A stretch of 64,000 bases of DNA, taken from Candidatus Spechtbacteria bacterium (GTDB taxonomy: Bacteria; Patescibacteriota; Minisyncoccia; Spechtbacterales; JACPHP01). A program made the translations under genes and the position numbers. The notes below the pieces were generated by a model. The model searched no databases, was not told the origin of the DNA, and saw nothing but the letters and a program-made list of their open reading frames with translations. Of this stretch, positions 56,023 through 64,000 are shown piece after piece; the stretch's first letter is position 1, and every line of letters starts with the position of its first letter. The stretch is from assembly GCA_016188605.1 (NCBI GenBank), contig JACPHP010000009.1, positions 24,786-88,785 of the forward strand. The letters are read 5' to 3'.

Positions 56023-57366
56023 GTGAAAGACTTAAAGCCACAAACTCCTTTAGGCGTACATATGGGCGCAAGAGGATTTTCAAGGCCTATTCGCAAAACC
56101 ATACAACATTCTGTGTCCGCGGACGCCCCTAGGGGAGCAGCAGTAAGCGCGCTACAAAGCGTGCAAGCTGTTACCACCAAGGGGATCGCATCGCGGGTAG
56201 AGAACTACATAACCATTCCACATAAAGAGTTGCCACGTTTTTTCCCAAACACTCTTAAAGGAATGATTCTTACCACAGCGCATCGTTTTTTGCGCTTTGT
56301 TGCGTATAATGCGGCGTGGTCAGGAATTGGCGCCATTGTGCTTGTTGTGGGTGTTGGTAACGTCATACAGCCGCAGTTTCCAGTAGATTTTGGATTTATT
56401 CGTGATGTTGGTCAAGAAAATTTTGTTCAAGAGGTAGAAGCCATGCCCAAGATGACCGTGGTAACACCCATACTTACGCCAAGTTTGTTTTTTGTGAGCG
56501 GATATAATTCCGTGCCCGGCGCAGATATAGAGGCTTCTATATACAGGGGCGTAGGCGGACCAGCGGATAATGAAATATTTATTTCAATAGAAGATGCCAC
56601 GGTGGTTGCCTCCTCTTCTCCGCTTACCATTGCAGCATCGGCAAATCAACGTAAGAAAATTGAAAAATACATTGTGCAAGATGGCGATACGCCCTCTAGT
56701 ATTGCGGCAGCTTTCGGTATTACCACAAATACGCTTCTATGGGCAAATAGTTTAAGGGATGGCGATTATATTCGCCAAGGGCAGGAACTTAGTATATTGC
56801 CTGTGTCGGGCGTAAGCTACCAAGTGAAGAGTGGTGATACTCTTTTATCTATATCAAAGCAATTTAATGGTAACGCAAGCGCAGTTATTGCGTATAATAA
56901 ACTTGCCTCAAGTGGCGACTTGAGCGCTGGTGAAACTATTATTATTCCCGATGGAGAGATGCCTAAACGTCAATATGCTTTGGCGTCTTCGCGAGTATAT
57001 ACTTATGGAGGGCAAGATTTGGGCGGTTACTTTTTAAAGCCAGCCGCGGGCTATATTAGTCAAGGGCTTCATCCTAATAATGCCGTTGATATCGCAAATG
57101 CTTGCTGGACTCCTGTTTATGCTGCTGCAGAGGGTACGGTTGTTATTGCTGATTCTTACGGATGGAATGGTGGATATGGGCAATATGTTCGCATTCGTCA
57201 TCCCAACGGAGTTGAAACAGTTTATTCTCATGCTATTAAGTTAGTAGTATCAGCCGGTCAAAAAGTTACGCGCGGGCAACTTATTGAATATATGGGTGAA
57301 ACGGGTCGCGCCACGGGATGCCATGTGCACTGGGAAGTTTATGGAGCAAAAAACCCCTTAAGATAA
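56023..57366 (+). CDS. LysM + M23 metallopeptidase
   Basis: Two LysM (Y.V..GDT), HPNNAVD, GGYG, YSH, TGCHVHWE; start uncertain. Confidence 0.9.
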   Translation: MKDLKPQTPLGVHMGARGFSRPIRKTIQHSVSADAPRGAAVSALQSVQAVTTKGIASRVENYITIPHKELPRFFPNTLKGMILTTAHRFLRFVAYNAAWSGIGAIVLVVGVGNVIQPQFPVDFGFIRDVGQENFVQEVEAMPKMTVVTPILTPSLFFVSGYNSVPGADIEASIYRGVGGPADNEIFISIEDATVVASSSPLTIAASANQRKKIEKYIVQDGDTPSSIAAAFGITTNTLLWANSLRDGDYIRQGQELSILPVSGVSYQVKSGDTLLSISKQFNGNASAVIAYNKLASSGDLSAGETIIIPDGEMPKRQYALASSRVYTYGGQDLGGYFLKPAAGYISQGLHPNNAVDIANACWTPVYAAAEGTVVIADSYGWNGGYGQYVRIRHPNGVETVYSHAIKLVVSAGQKVTRGQLIEYMGETGRATGCHVHWEVYGAKNPLR

Positions 57367-57386
57367 GAGGTTTTTGCTCCATAAAC
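57337..57386. terminator. 50-bp palindrome overlapping M23 stop
   Basis: GTTTATGGAGCAAAAAACC...GGTTTTTGCTCCATAAAC. Confidence 0.65.
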
Positions 57387-57540
57387 TTGGCCGCAAAAGC
57401 GGCCGGGGTAGTTGTGGTGACCTCAGTTTTTTGCCCGAGACGACTTCATATGCTTATGAAGTCGGTGAGAAATATTTGGCGTCGCCACAACGGTACCTTG
57501 GTGTTAATATTTTATGGAGCAAAAAACCCCTTAAGATAGA

Positions 57541-57589
57541 ACAGAATACAGAATACAGAATACAGAATACAGAATACAGAATACAGAAT
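57541..57589. repeat. Perfect tandem heptamer (ACAGAAT)x7
   Basis: Direct reading; same unit in frame in rsmA at about 53447-53476. Confidence 0.95.
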
Positions 57590-57598
57590 ACCAACTGT

Positions 57599-59128
57599 TT
57601 AGTAGGTTTCTGCTTCTTTCCTAATATACCCCAATGCCTCTGTAAGATGCGGCACGAGTATTGCTTCTGACGCGGCAAGGTCTGCGATCGTTCGCGCAAC
57701 TTTGAGTAAATTGTGATATCCGCGGGCGGAAAGGCCAAAAGAGTTTACCGCGCGTTCAACAATGTGCTCAGAATCACCACTAAGAACGCAGTATTTTTTA
57801 ATCAAAGGCAGAGTCATTTCGCTGTTTGTTTTTGTTGCGAGTCCTGTAAAGCGCTTGTTTTGTATGTTGCGTGCTTGATTTACTCGAGTCTGTACAATAA
57901 TAGTGGATTCACCAAGTATAGTTGAGGATAGGACCTCATATGTTTGCGAAGGAACCCAGACGTGAATATCTATGCGGTCGGCAATCGGCCCAGAAAGTTT
58001 TCGTTGATACATCATAATTTGCGACGGACTGCACACGCAAGGGTGTTTGTCATCATTGCGATAGCCGCAGGGGCAAGGGTTTGCCGCCGCAACAAGCGTA
58101 AAGGAAGCGGGATAGTGTATAGTGCCCTTGCTTCGCGCCACTGTTATTTTGCGCGATTCAAGCGGTTGACGGAGACTTTCTAACACATCGCGATGAAATT
58201 CAGGGAATTCATCAAGAAACAAGACGCCGCGATGGGCCATGGTGATTTCGCCAGGTAAAAGATTGGACCCGCCGCCAAGCAAAGCCACCTCAGAAGAAGA
58301 ATGATGTGGCGAGCGGAACGGGCGATCGTAAACAAGCGGGGAATCGGGATTTAATTCTCCTTTTATGCTTGTAATTTGAGTAACTTCAAGCTGCTCCTCT
58401 CGTGACATTGCGGGCAAAATACCTGCCATGGCGCGTGCAAGAAGAGTTTTGCCGGAACCAGGGGGACCTTGCATTAATACGTTATGGCTACCAGCTGCCG
58501 CGATTTCTATAGCGCGTTTTGCTTGATGCTGGCCTTGAATCTGACCGATGTCGGGCAATGATTGCTGATACGATTGTTTGGGCGCGATGTTTTGTGGCGG
58601 CGTGAAATGCTCGTTATGCTCCAGCAGGCGTATACATTCATTGAGATTTGAGGGAGCTTCAACAACCATGTTCCCGACAAGCGATGCCTCGGCGGCGTTT
58701 TCGCGCGGAACAATAAGCCGCGCGATTTTCTTTTGTCTAGCGCAGAGGGCCATAGACAACGCGCCGCGTACAGGGCGTAATGTGCCGTCTAGACCAAGCT
58801 CGCCCATTATTAATGTGTTTGCATCAATAGGTTTTATTTGTTTAGACGACACAAGAAATCCTAAAGCCATTGGTAAATCAAAATGTGTCCCCTGTTTCTT
58901 TATATCAGCAGGCGCAAGGTTGATAATAGTGCGTTTATTAAAACTGCGAGGCGGTTTAAACTTACTGTTTTTTAAGGCGGAAGACATTCGTTCTTTTGCT
59001 TCTTCTACCGCTTTATCGGCGAGGCCAACGATATGAAAAGCATGGAGGCCGACGTGAACGTCGACCTCCGTATGAATAAGACGGGAATGAAGCCCATCAA
59101 TGGTTGCGGATAGAATAGTTGCGGGCAT
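57599..59128 (-). CDS. comM: ComM/YifB Mg-chelatase-like AAA ATPase
   Basis: IVGL.D.AV.E..ER, NLAPAD..K.G, GPPGSGKT, PFRSPHH, ANPCPCG, ARTIADL. Confidence 0.93.
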   Translation of the reverse strand: MPATILSATIDGLHSRLIHTEVDVHVGLHAFHIVGLADKAVEEAKERMSSALKNSKFKPPRSFNKRTIINLAPADIKKQGTHFDLPMALGFLVSSKQIKPIDANTLIMGELGLDGTLRPVRGALSMALCARQKKIARLIVPRENAAEASLVGNMVVEAPSNLNECIRLLEHNEHFTPPQNIAPKQSYQQSLPDIGQIQGQHQAKRAIEIAAAGSHNVLMQGPPGSGKTLLARAMAGILPAMSREEQLEVTQITSIKGELNPDSPLVYDRPFRSPHHSSSEVALLGGGSNLLPGEITMAHRGVLFLDEFPEFHRDVLESLRQPLESRKITVARSKGTIHYPASFTLVAAANPCPCGYRNDDKHPCVCSPSQIMMYQRKLSGPIADRIDIHVWVPSQTYEVLSSTILGESTIIVQTRVNQARNIQNKRFTGLATKTNSEMTLPLIKKYCVLSGDSEHIVERAVNSFGLSARGYHNLLKVARTIADLAASEAILVPHLTEALGYIRKEAETY

Positions 59129-59131
59129 GAA

Positions 59132-59509
59132 TTATGCGCGACGAGCGCTGCAATCGCGGCAAAACTTCGCCTCGGGATATGCTTGTAATCGTTTTATATC
59201 AATAGGTTTACCGCAATGCTCGCAAGCGCCATAAGTTCCTTTCTCAATTTTTTCTAGCGCGTTACTTATCGCTTGCAGGCGCAACTCCAGGCTATGCTCA
59301 ATGGGAAGATTTGTCGCGTATTCTTCAACTTCATTCGCCGCCTCTTCAAGGCTGGCATCGTTGTCGTAGCTTGGAAACCGCGCATCCCAGTCCCCTTTTA
59401 GGTTGGGATCTTGCGATGCAAAAGATTCTAAGCTCTTGCCCAGGCTAGCCTTAAGCCCAACAAGTTTTTCTTTTAATTCCGTAATGTCTTTAGTAGAAAG
59501 TATTTCCAT
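59132..59509 (-). CDS. TraR/DksA C4-type zinc finger protein
   Basis: AL.KI..GTYG.CEHCG..I...RL.A.PEA.FC..C. Confidence 0.9.
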   Translation of the reverse strand: MEILSTKDITELKEKLVGLKASLGKSLESFASQDPNLKGDWDARFPSYDNDASLEEAANEVEEYATNLPIEHSLELRLQAISNALEKIEKGTYGACEHCGKPIDIKRLQAYPEAKFCRDCSARRA

Positions 59510-59842
59510 AATATTTATTGTACGCAAAGAGAATAAAAATACAATAGAACAGAGAACAGAGAACCATGAGCAATAACAAATGAAAAGCCACTCGTATGTT
59601 ACGGGTGGCACGGATGAAAGAACAGATATATAAGAAATTTCTCAGAGATGCAGGAGATCCCCTTGCACATAGTGTTGGGTTCGTGCATCTCTGAGAGAAA
59701 GAGTCTTTTTCGTTTCCTCTTAAAGCGAAATGACTTTATTGGTTTGCCAATTGGGGGTATGTCCCCGATTCGTCGGACAAGAGGTCAGAACAACCTGCGT
59801 CCAATGAGCAAACCAATTGAAACAAAGAACTGTTACATATAC

Positions 59843-59887
59843 ATAATAACATTTATAATAATTTACATCAAGCACCAGTTATCCACA
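59843..59887 (-). promoter_or_regulatory. Sigma70-like promoter (TTGATG-17-TATTAT) with adjacent perfect DnaA box
   Basis: -35 59871-59866, -10 59848-59843, TTATCCACA 59879-59887. Confidence 0.45.
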
Positions 59888-59950
59888 GGGTGAATCTCTA
59901 GTACGTAGTGAGTAGTCCGCGCGTCTTCGGCGCGTTATTCTACTCACTAC

Positions 59951-60916
59951 TCATTGGTTGGAGTAAAAGTGCTCTTCTAGTAATTTACTGCGAGAAAAAG
60001 GGTAATGAAAAAGCAGGGTATTGTCGTCAATAATCATTTGTACCGGCTCCAGTTGTTTTTCATTGACACTGTGAACTATTCGCATCCTTTGGAAGTATCG
60101 CGCGCTTTGTTCAAGCATTACTCCAATTCCGCATGAGTTCATTATAAATTCAATAGTCAATTTTATTGCAAGTAATAAACGAGCTGGCTTAAATCCAAGC
60201 GCCGCGATTTTAGAGTTGTTGATTAGGGGCATATATTGAAGCATCCATTCATTTGTCTCGCCAATTTTTTTGAAATTATCTTGACCCCAATATGGCATTG
60301 CGGCTGCATAAATATGGGCAGTAGAAAGTATTTGGGGGTTGAGATGCGCGCTAGCTTTAGAAATATTGTTGCTATCTATGCTTATATAGTGGTTAAGGCA
60401 TATTTGGTCACAAATAAGGGTTTTGTGTCGGTATTTGCCAAGCAGCCATGTAAACATTCCCACAAGAAATCTTGTGAGCCAAACACGACCCGGAGCGCTT
60501 GCGATAAGAACATCAATATCGCTATCAGCCGTTGCGCTATCACGCACAACAGAGCCGGTTAACGTAACCACGCGCACGTAAGGAATATACGGATAGAAAC
60601 GCGCAATTTGTTGAAATACACGTCGTTTCTCAACGCTTATTTTTCTCGAGCGTATTCTTTGCCAGTAAGAATTTTTTGGAGATTCGATTAAAAAGAAATA
60701 ACCGTTTGATTCTATAATTTTTTTTTGCGCGATAAGTCCGTCGAGAGTTTTAAAGATTTCTTGCAGCGAAATTCTGTGTTTGTCCTGTTGATTTTTGTCT
60801 TGTGGCGCCCAAGTCAAATAACGCATCAGCTCAAGCGGAGTCAGCGCGTATAAATGAAGCGGCTTGTAGTATGTAAAAGTCGCAAGCAACGCTCTTTCGA
60901 GGTTAATTCTATCCAT
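59951..60916 (-). CDS. Pol-beta-superfamily nucleotidyltransferase-like protein
   Basis: TGSV......DSDIDVL, VWLTR, ICLN. Confidence 0.7.
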   Translation of the reverse strand: MDRINLERALLATFTYYKPLHLYALTPLELMRYLTWAPQDKNQQDKHRISLQEIFKTLDGLIAQKKIIESNGYFFLIESPKNSYWQRIRSRKISVEKRRVFQQIARFYPYIPYVRVVTLTGSVVRDSATADSDIDVLIASAPGRVWLTRFLVGMFTWLLGKYRHKTLICDQICLNHYISIDSNNISKASAHLNPQILSTAHIYAAAMPYWGQDNFKKIGETNEWMLQYMPLINNSKIAALGFKPARLLLAIKLTIEFIMNSCGIGVMLEQSARYFQRMRIVHSVNEKQLEPVQMIIDDNTLLFHYPFSRSKLLEEHFYSNQ

Positions 60917-60927
60917 AACCAACTAAT

Positions 60928-61017
60928 AATCATCAACGAATAACGAATCCACTACAAATAAACGAATTAACTGGTCGAGTATTCGTAAATTCGTACACGA
61001 TTCGTTATTCGTTGATT
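60928..61017. repeat. Inverted-repeat element family D copy 2
   Basis: Matches reverse complement of 53784-53875. Confidence 0.85.
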
Positions 61018-62629
61018 ATTTACCCACCAACTGGTCAAGCGCAAAATACGCGGAGTTTTTAGATGTGGCAATGAGCAGATAATCGTTAACTAGCGCGTAA
61101 TTTAACCCCGTGGGGGAAATGGGCATATTGTTGTAGCGAACAATAATTCCAGCAGGATAGCTAATAGAAAAACCAGTGTAATTTGCTGTTTTCCAGCCCG
61201 TTGTTTGATCAAAAAGCGGAGAACCTAGAATAATAGGCATAAATAGCTGAACCAGGTTTTGTTCTTGATCGGAAATTGTATTTTGTACGGCAGTTTCGTG
61301 CGCGGGTAAAATCTTGAATATAATGCCAAGGCGCGACGAATAGCAGGAGATGTCAAAATTATTTATTTCCGTACATTTATTCTTTTCTTCCTCGCCAGGC
61401 GTATATATATAAAGCATGGGCGCGGGATCAAGAGAGTCTATAAGCGTTTGCGGGAGCTGGACATTGAGCAAGCTAAGAAGCTCTTTTGTTTGCAAGTAAG
61501 AATTATCTGTTAATTTTTTAATTGGCAAATAGGTTATTGTTTTAGGCGAGTTGATTGAATGTTCTAATGCGCGTAATTGTTCTACCAAAAACGACTCATT
61601 TCCTTTTTGTAATTCAATAATTTGTTGTGGTGTTTGGAAGAATGGACTGGGTGTTGCGGGTGCAACGGGGGTGGACGGAGCGCTCGGCGCGGCAGGCGCG
61701 GAGGGTTGCAAATAGACTCTCCAGTAAACAAATCCTCCGATTCCGCTGCCAACAATTAGTATACCGAGTAAAATTGCTACAAACTGCAAGATATTCGCGC
61801 GTCTTTTAGGAATTTCTTCGTATAATTGAGCTTCTGTTTGCGGAAATTTTCTTGTCGGCGACAATGGGGGAGCAGTAATCGGTCTTTGCGGCATTGTCAA
61901 TTGTGGCGACTGAGGCAGTGGTTTTTCTTGTAAGCGCATTGGCGTTGAAGACAATCCTAAAATTTCTTCAGGTGTTTTTAGCCCCCCCTCTTTACTAGGA
62001 ATAATTTGTCTTATCGGTCTTGTTTCTTTTTCTATACTAGGTAGGTTGGGCGGCGGAGCGGCAGTGAGGGGTTGTGGGCGAAGTGGGGGCGGAGGTAGCG
62101 CGGACGGGGGTGTTGGCGTAACAATAGGCCTTGTCGCTGTGGGTAAGGGCAAGGGTTTTTCTGCCGCAACTGAAACCGTTGGAGGTATTGCGCGTTCTTT
62201 TAAGATTTGTTCAAGCTCCTCTTCTTCTACAGGAATAAAATTTTTAGGAAGCTGAGTGGAAGGTGTTGCTGGTTTTGTCGGTGCCTGTGGACGCAAAGCA
62301 AGCTCGCCCAATTTAGGTTCACCTAGTTTTGGTTCATCTAGTTTTGGTGCGGGCTGATGCGTGTTTTGAGTTGGCTTGACTGGTATGGGTGGCGCGGGCA
62401 TAAAAGGCCTCTGTGGCGCAGGTCGTATTGGCACAGAAGGTTTTGCTGGTGATATTTGTGAAATCGGAGCAGATGGTTTTTTGAGTTGTTCCAACACACC
62501 TTCTTTTTTGTAGGGCTCTATGCCAGTAGGCAGGGGTTGTTTGAGCTGCCCTTGTTGTTTGCGTCGTGAGTCCTCAATGTCTTGAGACATTGTATGGATT
62601 CTACCGAGTGAAGACACGCTAGTGGGCAT
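61016..62629 (-). CDS. Proline-rich single-pass membrane protein
   Basis: IHTMSQDI start motif, Pro-rich N-terminal half with PKLDE/PKLGE repeat, one TM, C-terminal LLIATS domain. Confidence 0.7.
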   Translation of the reverse strand: MPTSVSSLGRIHTMSQDIEDSRRKQQGQLKQPLPTGIEPYKKEGVLEQLKKPSAPISQISPAKPSVPIRPAPQRPFMPAPPIPVKPTQNTHQPAPKLDEPKLGEPKLGELALRPQAPTKPATPSTQLPKNFIPVEEEELEQILKERAIPPTVSVAAEKPLPLPTATRPIVTPTPPSALPPPPLRPQPLTAAPPPNLPSIEKETRPIRQIIPSKEGGLKTPEEILGLSSTPMRLQEKPLPQSPQLTMPQRPITAPPLSPTRKFPQTEAQLYEEIPKRRANILQFVAILLGILIVGSGIGGFVYWRVYLQPSAPAAPSAPSTPVAPATPSPFFQTPQQIIELQKGNESFLVEQLRALEHSINSPKTITYLPIKKLTDNSYLQTKELLSLLNVQLPQTLIDSLDPAPMLYIYTPGEEEKNKCTEINNFDISCYSSRLGIIFKILPAHETAVQNTISDQEQNLVQLFMPIILGSPLFDQTTGWKTANYTGFSISYPAGIIVRYNNMPISPTGLNYALVNDYLLIATSKNSAYFALDQLVGK

Positions 62630-62635
62630 AGTCTA

Positions 62636-62760
62636 AAATTTCCAATGATCAATTTACAATTTTCAATGAATTAACAAACTCAATTTTAATACGTATTGCG
62701 TATTTGGAAATTAGGTCATTTAGTCATTGATTGTGAATTGAAAATTGGTGCTTGAAAATT
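62636..62760. repeat. Heptamer element family B copy 2 (no nested insert)
   Basis: Resembles reverse complement of 9607-9793 minus its inserts. Confidence 0.8.
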
Positions 62761-62770
62761 AGTTTTGTTT

Positions 62771-64000
62771 CTACATCGCCTGTTTTCGCGAAAGTCCAAC
62801 TTTCCCCTGCTCGTCTATTTTAACAACCTTAACGGGAATAATATCTCCTACCTTAACGATATCCTCTACGCTTTTTACGTATGTTGATGCAAGCTCTGAA
62901 ACATGCACGAGACCCTCTTGGCCAGGTAGGTATTCCACAAATGCGCCAAACTCTGCAATTTTCACTACTTTGGCTTGGAATAGCTCCCCTATCTTTGTTT
63001 CGTGAGTTAAGTTTTGGATTCTTTCAATCGCGCGCTTGCCGTCTGTTTGATTTTGCGCGGTAACAAATACCGTTCCATCATCTTCAATATCAATTTTAGT
63101 ATTTGTCTCGGCAATAATTTCATTAATAGTCTTCCCGCCAGTGCCTATTACTAATCTTATCTTACTTGGGTTAATTTTCAAAACCTGCACAAGCGGCGCG
63201 TAAGGTGAAAGTGTCGCGCGCGGCTCTTCTATTGCTTCAGATACTGTCGCAAGAATTTTCATGCGAGCTTTTTTACCATGTCGTAATGCCTCTTTTAGAA
63301 TATCAACCGTAATCCCTTCTATTTTAACATCCATCTGAATTGCAGTCACGCCATTCTTTGTGCCAGCAACTTTAAAGTCCATATCGCCATGGTGATCTTC
63401 GGGTCCTTGGATGTCGGTAAGCACTTGCGCGGATCCGTCAGAGCCCATCATTAAGCCAATAGCAATGCCCGCTACTGCTGCTTTGATTGGTACGCCAGCG
63501 TCCATCAAAGCCAGCGAGGCCGAGGTGGCGGAACCCTGTGAAGACGATCCATTTGAGGATAGTGTTTCAGAAACTATGCGAATTGTGTATGGAAAATCTT
63601 CCACGTTGGGGATAACCGCCTCCAGCGCGCGCTCCGCAAGAGCTCCATGGCCGATTTCGCGTCTGCCTGGACCGCGGTTGGGAGTTGGCTCGCCGACAGA
63701 GAAACCAGGAAAATTGTAGTGAAGCATAAAACGCTTCGTGTATTCCCCTGTCATTTCTTCCATTATTTGCGCGTCGCCAGGCGCTCCCAGCGTGCAAACA
63801 GATAGTACGTGAGTGAGTCCGCGCATGAAAAGACCAGAGCCGTGCGTGCGAGGCAAAAATCCAACATTGGCGCTAATAGAGCGTAGTTCGTCAGGCTTTC
63901 TGCCATCAACGCGTATGCCCCGCAATGCTTTTTCGTGAACAAGGCGGTTAATTTCTTCTTCAAAAAGGGCGAGAGCTGTTTCGCGGCGCATTTTGTCGTC
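62771..64000 (-). CDS. pnp: Polyribonucleotide nucleotidyltransferase (3' part; runs off window end)
   Basis: [32 protein letters not shown] and S1 domains. Confidence 0.96.
   Translation of the reverse strand, partial: DDKMRRETALALFEEEINRLVHEKALRGIRVDGRKPDELRSISANVGFLPRTHGSGLFMRGLTHVLSVCTLGAPGDAQIMEEMTGEYTKRFMLHYNFPGFSVGEPTPNRGPGRREIGHGALAERALEAVIPNVEDFPYTIRIVSETLSSNGSSSQGSATSASLALMDAGVPIKAAVAGIAIGLMMGSDGSAQVLTDIQGPEDHHGDMDFKVAGTKNGVTAIQMDVKIEGITVDILKEALRHGKKARMKILATVSEAIEEPRATLSPYAPLVQVLKINPSKIRLVIGTGGKTINEIIAETNTKIDIEDDGTVFVTAQNQTDGKRAIERIQNLTHETKIGELFQAKVVKIAEFGAFVEYLPGQEGLVHVSELASTYVKSVEDIVKVGDIIPVKVVKIDEQGKVGLSRKQAM

Noticed and set aside
59600-59710. T-box riboswitch on plus strand (GGGTGGCACGG + hairpin)
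   Set aside because: Partial match only and no convincing plus-strand gene downstream
62300-62350. PKLDE/PKLGE 15-bp repeat in Pro-rich protein
   Set aside because: Ordinary low-complexity linker expansion
9607-62760. Repeats as CRISPR arrays
   Set aside because: No constant repeat with unique spacers and no cas genes; these are dispersed inverted elements
1-64000. Alternative genetic code (UGA=Gly)
   Set aside because: Core genes translate full length in the standard code and TGA terminates ORFs (e.g. at 4207 and 59951)

Overview
Chromosomal window from a Patescibacteria/CPR bacterium (Parcubacteria-like gene content, standard genetic code, mostly no Shine-Dalgarno sites). It spans the probable replication origin (dnaN-oriC-dnaA // rpmH-rnpA-yidD-yidC-jag). 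Most genes are housekeeping: murE, femABX-like, ruvABC, uvrB, holA, polA, tsaE, pilB/gspE, yebC, tyrS, PBP1, rsmA, pcrA, comM, dksA-like, pnp. There are two accessory blocks. (1) A MoxR-DUF58-BatD/VWA/TPR operon whose genes carry SD sites, unlike most of their neighbours. (2) A type IV secretion-like cluster (VirB6-like, PrgI, VirB4-like) followed by three VirB2-type pilins fused to different catalytic tips: GH5 glycosidase, lysozyme-like and NlpC/P60-like. The most striking non-coding signal is a dense population of small palindromic and heptamer-periodic elements. They fill many intergenic gaps, nest inside one another, and occur in frame inside at least six protein genes; two insertions have clear target-site duplications. 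A 6S-like RNA and other structured RNA candidates are also visible. All calls come from reading the sequence and translations; no database searches were run.
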